Source of the DNA: a virus
Lineage: Duplodnaviria > Caudoviricetes
Strand: one strand, 5' to 3'
Virus record (IMG/VR): IMGVR_UViG_3300028048_003124
DNA: 64,000 nt
Shown here: one piece after another, positions 19,303 to 29,912 of the stretch
Layout: the number at the start of each line of letters is the position of its first letter
Position numbering within the stretch: the stretch's first letter is position 1
Notes under the pieces: model-generated
Told to the model about the DNA's origin: nothing
The model's database searches: none
What the model saw: only the letters and a program-made list of their open reading frames with translations
Made by a program: the position numbers and the translations under genes

Positions 19303-20292
19303 ATGGCTATAAGAACAGACATTATAAAAAAGAAAATAGAAAAGAGTGATGGTATGGATATTTTAAAGAGGGATTCTTTGTTAAAACTCAATGAAGGCAT
19401 CATCGTAAAAGGGTATGCGCTGATAACTGGGTATCAGCTCAACCCTCAAAAGAATGGTGGTTTCTATATATCGGGCAATATGCAGGCAGTAGGTCAGGTA
19501 CCTTTTAAAGTATGGTCAGACACGAAACAGGGTAGTCCTTTTATGGAGATGTCCTCTAATTTAGAGGCTTTTAAGGGTGTAATCTGTTATGTCGAGGGAA
19601 AGGTAGATAGGTACAGCGGTACAACTTCTCTTGTTTTGATTGATATAAGAGCTGTAGATGCTGATAATCTTGGTTTGCTTGTATCAGACTTCTTGGAAGA
19701 TGTATATGACATCAATACTTACTGGCAAGCTTTGGTTGGTGTTATAAAGAAAAATTGCGATGAGGATGTACTTGATATGTTCAACAAGATAGTAGATCCC
19801 ATCAGAGAGAAATTTATTACTGAGTTTGCAGCAATCTGGCACCATGATAATTGTAAGTCTGGGCTACTTGCTCATTCTGCAAAGGTAGCGAGAATAGCTA
19901 CTCTTTTGAAGATGTACCCTAATATTATGAAGAGGATTTCCCCCAATATTTTGTATGTGTCTTGTGCATTACATGATATTGGTAAGGTATATGAGTATGC
20001 AACTGGTGCTATCTCATCTGAAGGAACTATGATCTCCCACCATACATTTGGTGTAATCACCTGTGTAAGGAATGAGGAATTGATAACAAGAGTATTAGGA
20101 AGAGATGGTTATCTTACCTTGTTGTCAGTTATTGAGCAACATCATGGTGAGTACGGCGAGAGACCTAGGACTGTAGCCGCTTATGTGGTACATCTTATTG
20201 ACTCGTTGGAAGCCAAGTTAGCGACTGTCGAATCTTTAGTCAAAGATAGTAATGGCGCTCAAATTCAGTACGAGGGTTATAAGCTATCTTAA
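19303..20292 (+). CDS. yhaM: OB-fold + HD-domain nuclease (YhaM/Cbf1-like)
   Basis: N-terminal OB-like region. AAIWHHD..SGLLAHS, LHDIGK, QHHGE, HLIDSLEAK. Confidence 0.85.
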   Translation: MAIRTDIIKKKIEKSDGMDILKRDSLLKLNEGIIVKGYALITGYQLNPQKNGGFYISGNMQAVGQVPFKVWSDTKQGSPFMEMSSNLEAFKGVICYVEGKVDRYSGTTSLVLIDIRAVDADNLGLLVSDFLEDVYDINTYWQALVGVIKKNCDEDVLDMFNKIVDPIREKFITEFAAIWHHDNCKSGLLAHSAKVARIATLLKMYPNIMKRISPNILYVSCALHDIGKVYEYATGAISSEGTMISHHTFGVITCVRNEELITRVLGRDGYLTLLSVIEQHHGEYGERPRTVAAYVVHLIDSLEAKLATVESLVKDSNGAQIQYEGYKLS

Positions 20293-20318
20293 AGTAATTG
20301 AAAGAGGTGTAAACATCA

Positions 20319-23300
20319 ATGTCAGATGCAAATGTACTTGGTGCTTTAGACAAACAGAGCGGTGGCTATAAAAGACCAAGCTTGAATAACATCTTGATAT
20401 ATGGTAGAGTGCGTTGCATAATAAACAGACCAGCTTTAGTTGGAGATTCGATTATTGATGGTGATGGTTTTTATGCTATACTAGATGCTTATGCCTTTAA
20501 GTGCTTAGGTGAGGATTATTTCAGAGATAGTTATTCGTATGATGTTAATAGTATCTACTTTACAAAAGGTAGTATTTTAATATACATTTCAGACCCAACA
20601 TTAGTTGGTAAAGATGTGAAAGTCTATGGTAAGTCTAAGTCTTTTGGTGCAACGATTAGAAGGCAGGCTTCTAGTAATCCCGAAGAGGGTATTTCTGCGT
20701 TTATGTTTGGAGCTCCTCAAAAGTCTTGGAGGGGTAGGACAGTATATCAAATTGTACCTAATACAGTTATTAGGTTGAACGTAAAAGACCCAGACGCAAG
20801 GGGTACTGATTTAGAAGACTTTATAGTGTCTGTATTTGCTATGCAGGGTGGTGAGATACCGTACCCTAAGACATTAGATAGCATTATACCTTATACTGGT
20901 GCAAATATTTACACTGAGATAAGTGTTGACGACATAAAAAGAGCTTCTAAAGGCAAAACAAAAGAGAAAGAGAGAAAGAGCTCTCCATATATCTTTTCTA
21001 CTGGAGATGTTGACGTATCTAAAATAGATATGAAGTTAACTTTCCATTTACAGGGGCAGGAGAGATCTCAGTTTTATGAACCTTTTAAAGAGGATATACA
21101 GTTAAACGCAAAAGCAAGAAAAGATTTTGCTAAAGAAGCTATTTTTGAACTAAGTGAACGAATGAGTTCATACGAGGGTAGCGATTTTTACTGGTTAAAA
21201 GACTCTTTTATAAAAAACATTGTTGATCACCCAGAGAAGAGACTTGGTATAACAAGAACATTGTGCAAACAATACATTCTTGATTTTGTTGATAACTGTT
21301 ATACGGGTGTTTCATTATCCGAAGAGAAGCAGGGTACGAGATATTCAGACGGTCAACTGAGAATGATCAAAGATGGTATAGATAAACTCAAGAAGGGTAT
21401 TCTCTCAGATGCTTCATTATTGTATGGAGACTCAGGAGAGGACGGTATAGACGATATACCTATGCTTTCTGATGATTTTGCTTTTGTGCTGAATGTTATT
21501 TCAGTTTGTTCTGGCATACCTTTTTCCACTATCAGTGGAAACTACTTATACAGTGGTAGAATGGCTGGAATTAACAGAAATTTGTATTTATACTCTTTAT
21601 TAAGATGTCCTTATATTTTAGGAATGATAGGTGTAGGGTTATCTGTAAGTGATTGTGATGTTCTTTACTATTCCTTTGGAAAGGTATTTGGAGCATCAGA
21701 AGACGAAGATTTAAATACTAAATACAGGTCTTATATGATTATGCTAGATACGCTTAGTAATTGTATGGTTGGCGTCTATAAGAAGTATAACAGAGCAGGT
21801 CAGGTAAATACCTTTGTAAAGAGGAAGGACTATGCAAGAGCTGATAAGTGTTATTCTAATAAGGCATTAGGTTTTCTAAGCAGGTATGACTTTGTATCTA
21901 AGCCTGAAAATAAGGCTCTGCTTGAAATGCTATTAGGTAATAAGGTAGAGATCAAGGGTACTGATCTAAACTATATCTTAGATAATAAGTGGTACAGCAA
22001 TGACTTATTTGATGAGCTTGTATCAGCAGGTATCGTAAATACTCTTGACGACTATTGCGCTTTAGAAAGGGTAATTGAGCAAGAGTTTCTAATCTACGAA
22101 ACATTTGAAAGAATGGGTAAGTTGCCTACAGGAATAGTAGATTATACAATAAATGAGGTAATTGATGACTTTGAGAAGGATAGAGGTTTTAAGCTAGAAA
22201 GCCTACAGCGAGAGGGTATTAAACTCTGTAAGTATAGAGCAGGAGTTCTGAGTGGTTGTGCTGGAAGTGGCAAGACGACAACCAGTGATTGTATGACAGA
22301 GGTTTTAAAGACTTTAGGTGATAAGAAGATTATTTATTGCGCACCTACTGGAAAAGCAAGTAGACGTTTAGCTGAGGTCGTACATGGTACTGTAAAGACT
22401 ATACACTCTCAGTTTAATGTAAATATTGGAGGTTCATCATATCTACAGGGTGCTTATAAAAGAAAAGAAGATACACCTGGAGATGGTTCAATATACATTC
22501 TAGATGAGATGGCTATGTGTAGCACTGATTTAATGTACAATATAGCTAAAAATATTACCGAGAAGGATATAATTTACTTCTTAGGTGATGTAAAACAGTT
22601 ACCGCCTATAGGGGGAGGTTGTCCTTTTAAGACTCTAATGACAATATTGCCCTGTGTAGAGCTTGGTGTTAGTAAAAGAGCTGCCGAGGGTAGTCTTGTG
22701 AACTATAATACATCTCTGATAAATTTCATGTCTGATGACGTGGTAGCAGATTTGAAATATGATGGAAAAACATTTATAGATAAGAGTTGCCACGATGTAG
22801 ACATCGCCAATACTGTTAAGTCTGTATTTATCTCTTTCATGGATGGTACTTTAAATGGTATTAAGTATGATGAGGACGATATTCAGGTGATAACAGGGTA
22901 TCAGAAGAAAGAAAAGTTTTCTTCGACATATAGGTTAAATGCGCCAATTCAGGAGTTCCTTAGGAAGAATGATAAGGTCTTATACTACAGAGAGACTAGG
23001 GAACAAGGTGAAAGAAATATTCCTTATTATAAGAACGAAAGAGTTATCTATGTAAATAAAAACAGCTACGATATATGTAGGTATGTACTAGATGATAAGG
23101 GAGTGTTTCACCAAGTACCCACTTTTGGTTGTGTAAACGGAGAAATGGGTAAGTTGGTAGGTATTGTTAATTCTGAACATGCAAACATTGAGGAGTTTGT
23201 TAAAGAGAACACAGTAGCAGGAGAAGGTTTTTATTCAAATGTTTCTGATGAGGACTTAGAAGCAATTGTTGACAGATTTGAATCTCGCCAAGATAGTATG

Positions 23301-23723
23301 CGTGTGGACTCCAGCTTATCTCACAAAGATCATTATTTCTTGCTTATGCAGGTATATGATAGTGACTTAAGACGTGATGTCATCTGCCTGCTTAGGGGTA
23401 GAGCTCATGTTGCTATTACTGGTGAAGTATGTTTATCTGGTACAGATTTAGATAATTTAGCTTTAGCCTATGCTTTAACTTGTCATAAAATGCAAGGTAG
23501 CCAGAGCAAGGTTGTTATTGCTGTATTTGAATCTACTGGAAACCCTGATTTTATAAACAGAAATATGATAAACACCATCATAACTAGAAGTCAGGGTGTT
23601 GTATGTTGTGTAGGATCTGTATCTGGGCAAGACTCAATGCTAAACAGAGGTAGAAGAAAGGTCAGTAAAACTGATAGTAGGGATGTTTTATCTGTATTAT
23701 CGGGTACTGATGATTGGTTATAA
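20319..23723 (+). CDS. recD: RecD/RecD2-like SF1B helicase with long N-terminal region
   Basis: GCAGSGKTT, APTGKASRRL, ILDEMAM, GDVKQLPPIG, AYALTCHKMQGSQ, TIITRS. Confidence 0.9.
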   Translation: MSDANVLGALDKQSGGYKRPSLNNILIYGRVRCIINRPALVGDSIIDGDGFYAILDAYAFKCLGEDYFRDSYSYDVNSIYFTKGSILIYISDPTLVGKDVKVYGKSKSFGATIRRQASSNPEEGISAFMFGAPQKSWRGRTVYQIVPNTVIRLNVKDPDARGTDLEDFIVSVFAMQGGEIPYPKTLDSIIPYTGANIYTEISVDDIKRASKGKTKEKERKSSPYIFSTGDVDVSKIDMKLTFHLQGQERSQFYEPFKEDIQLNAKARKDFAKEAIFELSERMSSYEGSDFYWLKDSFIKNIVDHPEKRLGITRTLCKQYILDFVDNCYTGVSLSEEKQGTRYSDGQLRMIKDGIDKLKKGILSDASLLYGDSGEDGIDDIPMLSDDFAFVLNVISVCSGIPFSTISGNYLYSGRMAGINRNLYLYSLLRCPYILGMIGVGLSVSDCDVLYYSFGKVFGASEDEDLNTKYRSYMIMLDTLSNCMVGVYKKYNRAGQVNTFVKRKDYARADKCYSNKALGFLSRYDFVSKPENKALLEMLLGNKVEIKGTDLNYILDNKWYSNDLFDELVSAGIVNTLDDYCALERVIEQEFLIYETFERMGKLPTGIVDYTINEVIDDFEKDRGFKLESLQREGIKLCKYRAGVLSGCAGSGKTTTSDCMTEVLKTLGDKKIIYCAPTGKASRRLAEVVHGTVKTIHSQFNVNIGGSSYLQGAYKRKEDTPGDGSIYILDEMAMCSTDLMYNIAKNITEKDIIYFLGDVKQLPPIGGGCPFKTLMTILPCVELGVSKRAAEGSLVNYNTSLINFMSDDVVADLKYDGKTFIDKSCHDVDIANTVKSVFISFMDGTLNGIKYDEDDIQVITGYQKKEKFSSTYRLNAPIQEFLRKNDKVLYYRETREQGERNIPYYKNERVIYVNKNSYDICRYVLDDKGVFHQVPTFGCVNGEMGKLVGIVNSEHANIEEFVKENTVAGEGFYSNVSDEDLEAIVDRFESRQDSMRVDSSLSHKDHYFLLMQVYDSDLRRDVICLLRGRAHVAITGEVCLSGTDLDNLALAYALTCHKMQGSQSKVVIAVFESTGNPDFINRNMINTIITRSQGVVCCVGSVSGQDSMLNRGRRKVSKTDSRDVLSVLSGTDDWL

Positions 23724-23732
23724 GGTGTTATT

Positions 23733-23978
23733 ATGCTCTCTAGGAAACAAAGAATAGCGAAAAGAAAGGCTAGAATAGCCAAATGGGATGCCTACTGGAA
23801 TGACCCTTATAAAGTTGAATCTATGTCCAACAGTGAGGTATTAGAGAAAAAGAGGGGTTTATTGATACGAGGCATTGTTAGAATAATACTTGGTTTGCTT
23901 ATAATAGCTTTGGTTGTAATTGGATTAGCAATGTTTTGGAATGACATTTTTTATAATCCAAATGGGTGGTTTTTCTAA
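23733..23978 (+). CDS. Small membrane protein
   Basis: Basic N-terminus, one TM helix. Confidence 0.65.
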   Translation: MLSRKQRIAKRKARIAKWDAYWNDPYKVESMSNSEVLEKKRGLLIRGIVRIILGLLIIALVVIGLAMFWNDIFYNPNGWFF

Positions 23979-24739
23979 TGAGTTTATTGTCAAGAGAAGA
24001 ATATCGTGATTATTGTAAGAGGTTTGATATTGTTTGGAAGTACTTGTCCTCTTGTAGTTATGAAGTTAACTCAGTGGTTGAGAAGATATGCGAGTTAAGG
24101 GGTTATAGTCTTGAAGGTAGTATGCCAGAAACTTTAAAAAATATAGGTTTTCTGTATCTTGATAAGGAAGTTTTTGATGAGCAAAAGTTAAAACTGGTTG
24201 ATGCTAAGGGTGACCTAGGGCTGTACTCAACAGAGGGTAAATTCTTATTAACAACCAGATTTATCTTTCCAGTGAAAGATATGTTAGGAAATATTATCGC
24301 CTTGATTGGTTGGTTTCCTGACGAGAAGAAGTATATAACAACTCCCAGCAGGTTATTCAGTAAGCAGGGAATATTTTTCGGGATGGAGCAGCTAAGTGAA
24401 ACTGGAATAGGAAAGAAGTACTTTTTAGTAGAGGGTATTTTTGACTGCATTTCGATTAGGTCTTTAGGTTTTAACTGTGTAGCCTTAATGGGTATTTCTG
24501 CAAACAATAATTCAAAAGTTTTATATACATTATTTAGTAGGTTGGTAGCGATACCTGATAATGATAAACAAGGAAGAAAAGTCATAGAGAATGATTTATG
24601 GGGTATACCAACGAATGCCAGTTATTTACGTTGGAAAAACAACGTAAAGGATATAGATGATATGATAAAATTTTATGACATGTCAAATACTCTATCAGAT
24701 GCTTTAAAAGAAAAAGATAGGGTTTTGGTTATTGACTAG
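23978..24739 (+). CDS. dnaG: DnaG-type primase (TOPRIM core, no Zn-binding domain)
   Basis: RFIFPVKD.LGNIIALIG, FLVEGIFD, PDNDKQG, KDIDD. TAATG coupling to upstream gene. Confidence 0.88.
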   Translation: MSLLSREEYRDYCKRFDIVWKYLSSCSYEVNSVVEKICELRGYSLEGSMPETLKNIGFLYLDKEVFDEQKLKLVDAKGDLGLYSTEGKFLLTTRFIFPVKDMLGNIIALIGWFPDEKKYITTPSRLFSKQGIFFGMEQLSETGIGKKYFLVEGIFDCISIRSLGFNCVALMGISANNNSKVLYTLFSRLVAIPDNDKQGRKVIENDLWGIPTNASYLRWKNNVKDIDDMIKFYDMSNTLSDALKEKDRVLVID

Positions 24740-24744
24740 GAGGA

Positions 24745-25080
24745 ATGTTGATGAGAGGTAATATTGTCACTGAACTAAGAAATTTCGTGGAGACTGCTTA
24801 CGCTGAAGGTCTTAATGAGATTTTCAGTTTCTCTATAATTGATGGAAAGGATGGTGTTGAGGTAGAGGTAGCTGACTTCAATCTTGACTTTGCTAAACTA
24901 CCAGACACATACGCAAATGCCTACAGAGTAGCGGATACTTGTATGCAGCTCGCGAAGAGCAGATACTCTGATTGCAAAAGTATTAATGCTCTAATTTGCG
25001 ATGAGGTAAAAGAGGAAGTAGTATACATGAAACCCCTATTAAGGGTATTTAATCTAAATGTACCGTTGAAAGAAGGTTGA
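24745..25080 (+). CDS. Hypothetical protein
   Basis: AGGAGG RBS, 111 aa. Confidence 0.7.
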   Translation: MLMRGNIVTELRNFVETAYAEGLNEIFSFSIIDGKDGVEVEVADFNLDFAKLPDTYANAYRVADTCMQLAKSRYSDCKSINALICDEVKEEVVYMKPLLRVFNLNVPLKEG

Positions 25081-25610
25081 TTATGGCTATTAAGGGAGAC
25101 GCAATTCTAATAGATGTGCCAGCAAAAGCGGCAACGTATGTTATGAGGCAAGCATTAGATTTGAGTAATCGGATTACGCCTTTATTCACAGATGCATTGC
25201 TCAGGGGAGAGATCTTTCCAGATGTAGGAAATGAAGGCTTCATTAGGGTAAATATACTTGCTTGTAATGAGGAAGGTTCTTTCAAATTACATAGGTTTAG
25301 TATCGATGCCAACAACAGAAGGGTATATACTACAAAACCTACAAAAAACGCTTATGTTGATGCTGCTTCTGGGGTGAAGTTGATGAGAGCTGTATTTGCT
25401 TTCATTGATAGCATAGATGGCAAACTTCCTGCTATAAGTACTGTAAGGTTTGATCTAGGTGTTAGACGATATTTGTCTGCGAAGTACACAGCAGCGACAA
25501 GGGAAGATAATGCGTATGATTTACATATCTGTGCATACTCAAACCAGATAAAGGATGATTATGACTTTTCATCTGCGCAGAAGCTTGCAGGTGTTTTAGC
25601 GATATTCTAA
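25077..25610 (+). CDS. Hypothetical protein
   Basis: 177 aa ORF in operon. Confidence 0.7.
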   Translation: MIMAIKGDAILIDVPAKAATYVMRQALDLSNRITPLFTDALLRGEIFPDVGNEGFIRVNILACNEEGSFKLHRFSIDANNRRVYTTKPTKNAYVDAASGVKLMRAVFAFIDSIDGKLPAISTVRFDLGVRRYLSAKYTAATREDNAYDLHICAYSNQIKDDYDFSSAQKLAGVLAIF

Positions 25611-25626
25611 GAGAAGGTGATAACTA

Positions 25627-25857
25627 ATGAATGATTTCATGGCGTATTGGGCAGAAAACTACCAATTGGGTATTGGTTTACTCTTTGGTATTGTTTTTCT
25701 GATATACATTACTGTTTCGGTATTAGCGATACGCTCCAAATGGAAGAGAACTGGCGATATTTCTGTATTAGGGATGTTGCCTTTGGTAAATATTGCATTG
25801 TTCTTTACAGGAAAGAAAAAGGTAAAAGAGGAAGCTATTGCCGATGATATGTTCTAA
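25627..25857 (+). CDS. Small membrane protein
   Basis: Two hydrophobic segments, 76 aa. Confidence 0.65.
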   Translation: MNDFMAYWAENYQLGIGLLFGIVFLIYITVSVLAIRSKWKRTGDISVLGMLPLVNIALFFTGKKKVKEEAIADDMF

Positions 25858-25871
25858 TTAGGGGTGATATT

Positions 25872-26168
25872 ATGAAAATTTGTAATAACTGCAATGTTGA
25901 AATAGATAGCGGTTGCGGTAAATGCCCTTACTGTAATGGCACATCCTTTACGAACATAGTGGGGTATGGTATAGCAGATAGAGTTAATGCAGATAAGGAT
26001 AGGAAAAAGAAAATGATAATCGGTGTTATCATTTGTGTTATATTGTTCTTATTAATTATAGCATACGCTGTAATTAGAGTTACTTATTTTGATCCGTATT
26101 CTGCATATTATAGAGGAGACATTACTTTTCCGAGTAGTGACGGAAGACCAGTGGGGTATTTTTTATAA
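25872..26168 (+). CDS. Zinc-ribbon + TM protein
   Basis: CNNC...CPYC followed by a TM helix. Confidence 0.7.
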   Translation: MKICNNCNVEIDSGCGKCPYCNGTSFTNIVGYGIADRVNADKDRKKKMIIGVIICVILFLLIIAYAVIRVTYFDPYSAYYRGDITFPSSDGRPVGYFL

Positions 26169-26335
26169 AACCTAGCAGCTTAATGATTTTAATTACAGAA
26201 TATAGTTTATAGTATGTATTTTCAAGGGCGGAGTATATCTTCGATATTGTGGAGTAGTATTGAGGAGCTACAAGACCTTTGTGAATATAAATCAGGTAAA
26301 AACCTAAAAACTAAATTGTAAAGGAGAAAACTTAA

Positions 26336-27415
26336 ATGCCTATTAGAAGACCTGAACCTATTAAGTTAACTGGCGCAGCTGCAAAGTCTGTGCAAAGCCA
26401 GCTTGGTGTACAGAATACATCAAGAGTTGCTCCGAAGAGCACTGATCCGAACTTCCCTGTTTTTGAGGTACCTCTGAATAAGAGAGTGCTTATCTATGTT
26501 CCCAACCATGTGGTTGATGACGAGAACGGAGAACCCACTCTTCGTATGGACAAGCCTCTTATCCATGCTGTACAGGATGGTAAGCGTTTCCTTTATTTCC
26601 GTTGCGTAAACGGTCTCGAAGTAAAGGACGATGACGGTAATATCCTTTATGACGGCAACTGTCCTCTGTGTGAGGGTACAAGCATTCCTTGGGATCTCGC
26701 AAATCTCAAGATTAAGCAGAAGTGTGCTTCTCTCGGTCTGGATCCTGAGGATAAGACAAACGATTCCGTAAAGTCTGTTCGTTCTGCTGAGTTCTCTGGA
26801 CGTGTTCTTAAGGAGTCCAACCGCTATTACACGTTCCCGATCGTTGTCATTGAGACTGAAAATGATGACGGCAAGACAATCAAGAAGGACGAGAACAATA
26901 AGCCTGTTTTCCATCCGATGTGGTATCACATTTCTGAGTCGCTGTACACCCAGAAGTGGCTCCCCACTCTCGAGGGTCTCGAGGATGAGCCTACCCATCC
27001 AGGTGGTCATTTCTTCGTTCTGAACTTCATCTACGATACAAAGGGTAAGGAACCCAACAAGAGAGATGCAGCTCGTAACGTGAATGTTATCTCCAGAACG
27101 ATTAAGCAGAGCGAGAAGCTGAGAGCTTATCTCGACAACGTAACTGAGGAATGGACTCCTGAGAAGGCGCAGTCCGTTGTACTCACTAACCAGCTGTATT
27201 CGATGGATGAGCTCCAGAATATTGCTGACAAGGTTCTTGAGAGTTCCAAAGATATGATTGCTCTGCTCGAAGCAGCTGAAGCGAGTGGTACTTCGGCGGT
27301 ATCGACTGGTTTCAACCTGACTCCCCCTGAAGAGAACAAGGCTCTTGGAGAGGGTACTGTCGCGATGGATGAAACAGACGAAGATGATAACTTTGGAGAT
27401 ATCGATCTCGGATAA
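26336..27415 (+). CDS. ssb: Single-stranded DNA-binding protein (T4 gp32-like)
   Basis: H..C...CPLC Zn-type motif, RYYTFPIVVI, acidic tail DETDEDDNFGDIDLG, strong RBS, markedly C-rich codon usage. Confidence 0.7.
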   Translation: MPIRRPEPIKLTGAAAKSVQSQLGVQNTSRVAPKSTDPNFPVFEVPLNKRVLIYVPNHVVDDENGEPTLRMDKPLIHAVQDGKRFLYFRCVNGLEVKDDDGNILYDGNCPLCEGTSIPWDLANLKIKQKCASLGLDPEDKTNDSVKSVRSAEFSGRVLKESNRYYTFPIVVIETENDDGKTIKKDENNKPVFHPMWYHISESLYTQKWLPTLEGLEDEPTHPGGHFFVLNFIYDTKGKEPNKRDAARNVNVISRTIKQSEKLRAYLDNVTEEWTPEKAQSVVLTNQLYSMDELQNIADKVLESSKDMIALLEAAEASGTSAVSTGFNLTPPEENKALGEGTVAMDETDEDDNFGDIDLG

Positions 27416-27445
27416 TTACCTTTTAAGTAGGGGTTAGTTTTTATT

Positions 27446-27490
27446 GGCGAGCATTGTGCTTCATAAAGAGTATAATGCTCGCCGTATTTT
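27446..27490 (+). terminator. Strong hairpin terminator after ssb
   Basis: ggcgagcattgtgct...agtataatgctcgcc followed by tatttt. Confidence 0.7.
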
Positions 27491-27512
27491 ATATAATAAG
27501 GTGAGTTGTGCT

Positions 27513-28655
27513 ATGTATAGTAGAATAGTTTCTGTTGAGGTTTTTAACTTCATGGTATATAACCACGCTGTTATTAGTTTCGATGAAGAAAATATTATAA
27601 ACATAAAAGGGTATAATAGCGGAGGTAAATCAACGATGCTTAAGGCTATCGCAGTTTGCCTAACTAATATGTATCCCAAAGCTCAGACGAAGTTCATTCG
27701 TCATGGAGAGAAGTACTTTCGTATTGTTGTAAAGTTTGAAGATGGCGTGAGCATTGTTCGCGATAAATATATAACAGGTCAGTCCCTCTACGAGATTTAT
27801 AAAGATGATAAGTGTGAGTTTACTACAAAAGAGGGCGGAAAACTTACAAAGGTAGATGCAGTACCTGATATTATTAGCAACTATCTTGGTTTGTGTGTAG
27901 TAAGTACTGGATGTCTTAATTATCAGGTACGTCAAGACCCCTTGTGGTTGATTGAAACAACGGGTAGTGAGAACTACAACAGTCTTAATGAAATTCTCAG
28001 AACTGAGGAAATTTCCAGGGCTGGAGCTATGCTAAACAGTGATAAGAACAAGCTAAACTCTGAAATAACTGGTATTGAGGCAAGCCTACAGGAGACAAGA
28101 TTTTCATTAAAAGAAATCAGTGGGTATTCTGCTGAACTGTTACAGGAGTTAGAAAAGAGGGAAGCTTTATGTAAGAGTTTGGTAGCTAAGTACAATAAGG
28201 TAGCCAGTATTTATGATACAGCTTACCAGCTAACTACGATTGAGGATATTCCTGATGTTTCTTTAATTGATGATAGAAGGTATAACAATATACTATCTGT
28301 TTCTAAGACTATTGATGACGTTGATAATACACCGTTCCTACCTGAGATTTCTTTAGTAGATGATAACAGGTTTGTTAAATTATCTGGTATCTTAGAAACA
28401 GTAAAAAATTTATCAGAAGTCAGAAAACCTTGCCCTGTTATAGATGCTGTAGATGTTTCTGCTGATAAGAGGATTGTAGGAATATCTTCTACTCTTGATG
28501 AGTTAAGGTCTGTTATGCATGATATAAAGGCTTTAGATACTGAGGAGAAGTCTGTAAAGGCTAAGTTAACATCTATTGTGGAAAAAGCAAGAGAAAAGGG
28601 TATTAAGTTCGTACAGTGTGATAACTGTGGAACATATATAGAGGTTGGAGTATAA
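27513..28655 (+). CDS. sbcC: SbcC/Rad50 N-terminal half (Walker A, coiled coil, terminal CxxC hook)
   Basis: IVSVEVFNFMVY, GYNSGGKS, Q-loop LNYQVRQDP, coiled coil, ends FVQCDNCG. No Walker B. Confidence 0.85.
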   Translation: MYSRIVSVEVFNFMVYNHAVISFDEENIINIKGYNSGGKSTMLKAIAVCLTNMYPKAQTKFIRHGEKYFRIVVKFEDGVSIVRDKYITGQSLYEIYKDDKCEFTTKEGGKLTKVDAVPDIISNYLGLCVVSTGCLNYQVRQDPLWLIETTGSENYNSLNEILRTEEISRAGAMLNSDKNKLNSEITGIEASLQETRFSLKEISGYSAELLQELEKREALCKSLVAKYNKVASIYDTAYQLTTIEDIPDVSLIDDRRYNNILSVSKTIDDVDNTPFLPEISLVDDNRFVKLSGILETVKNLSEVRKPCPVIDAVDVSADKRIVGISSTLDELRSVMHDIKALDTEEKSVKAKLTSIVEKAREKGIKFVQCDNCGTYIEVGV

Positions 28656-28680
28656 TATTTAAATCTCGAGGTGTTAGTGT

Positions 28681-29715
28681 ATGCCAGAATCATTAAAGGG
28701 TATTAAGTGTCCTTACTGTGGGGGAAGTGTACAAGTAAAAGAGGGCGATATGTTTGCAACTTGTCCTTTCTGTGGCTCTCAGTTTGAGGTAGATGCTAAA
28801 TCTACAGAGCAGAAGGCTTATGAGGCTTTTAAGGGTAGGTATAAAGCTGAAGCTGAATTTAATGAGGCTGAACGGAAAGCGAAGCAGGAATATGAGAAGG
28901 AGCAGTATAAACAATCAGAGCGTAGAGCAAGGAAAAAAAGAGTTAAAGCCAAGGTAGGAGGAGCAATAGGTTGTTTAACGCCTATTCTGATTTTTATCAT
29001 TATTGGCATCGTGGTTGTGAACTTCGGACCTAGTTGGATTGAAAAGATCGATTCAAAACTTGTAAACCCATCTACTTATATTGATGTATCTTTTGAAGGT
29101 CTTAATGGAAAGGGTAAGGTTGTTTACGCACTAAAAGAGGACGCTCCTTTTGAGATGTCTGATATTTCAACAAGTTGTTATAGGGACGGTGAGTTGGAAA
29201 ATGGTGAAAAGGTACAGGTACATTTTTCTCCTGTTGATAGCAACTCTCTTATTAAGAGTGTAGAAAAGTCCTATACTGTTTCTGGGTTAAAGGGTGCTGA
29301 GAAGAATTTGGACGATTTTACAGATAGCACATATGCTTCTATTGAAAGCAGTAGTAAAGCTCTATTAAAAGATGCTCTTGATGTTAATGAGAAGTCTTTC
29401 AATGGTATGTCAAGAGAAGCAGTATATTTAAGATATGATCCAGATACTGATACAAATGTTTTATATGATGTCTATAAGTTACATATAATTGGGGAGACCA
29501 GAGATCTCGGTACTTACATTGTTGGTGTTTGGTATGAAGATGCGACAATAAAATCAAATGGCGAATTGTCTTATAGTAGGAGCAGACAGTTTGGTGATTA
29601 TCATAGCTATACTTTCTCTAATGCTATATGGTGTTACAATTCAATAGATGAGTTTATATCCAACATGAAAAACAATAAGATAGATAGTCCAATATACTCC
29701 GAGAAGAGTTTTTAA
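28681..29715 (+). CDS. Zinc-ribbon, single-TM membrane protein with extracellular domain
   Basis: CPYC..CPFC, coiled segment, TM helix, beta-rich C-terminal region. Confidence 0.75.
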   Translation: MPESLKGIKCPYCGGSVQVKEGDMFATCPFCGSQFEVDAKSTEQKAYEAFKGRYKAEAEFNEAERKAKQEYEKEQYKQSERRARKKRVKAKVGGAIGCLTPILIFIIIGIVVVNFGPSWIEKIDSKLVNPSTYIDVSFEGLNGKGKVVYALKEDAPFEMSDISTSCYRDGELENGEKVQVHFSPVDSNSLIKSVEKSYTVSGLKGAEKNLDDFTDSTYASIESSSKALLKDALDVNEKSFNGMSREAVYLRYDPDTDTNVLYDVYKLHIIGETRDLGTYIVGVWYEDATIKSNGELSYSRSRQFGDYHSYTFSNAIWCYNSIDEFISNMKNNKIDSPIYSEKSF

Positions 29716-29723
29716 GATAAAAT

Positions 29724-29912
29724 ATGATACAAGATTCCGCTAAGGTATTAAGGTTAAGGAACGAGATTGGTATGTCTCAAAAAGACCTAGCAAACAGGTT
29801 AGGGGTACAAGAAGATATAATCAAAAGTTGGGAGAGGGGGTGGAGAACCCCTCCCCAACATATGTTAAATAAAATAAGGAGGTTGCGTATAGGGTGTCTA
29901 ACGAACAGATAA
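29724..29912 (+). CDS. XRE/Cro-like HTH regulator
   Basis: LRNEIGMSQKDLANRLGV...IKSWERGWRTP. Confidence 0.85.
   Translation: MIQDSAKVLRLRNEIGMSQKDLANRLGVQEDIIKSWERGWRTPPQHMLNKIRRLRIGCLTNR

Noticed and set aside
26336-27415. Higher-GC segment as horizontally acquired DNA
   Set aside because: The shift is confined to one gene and is better explained by codon bias of a highly expressed SSB.
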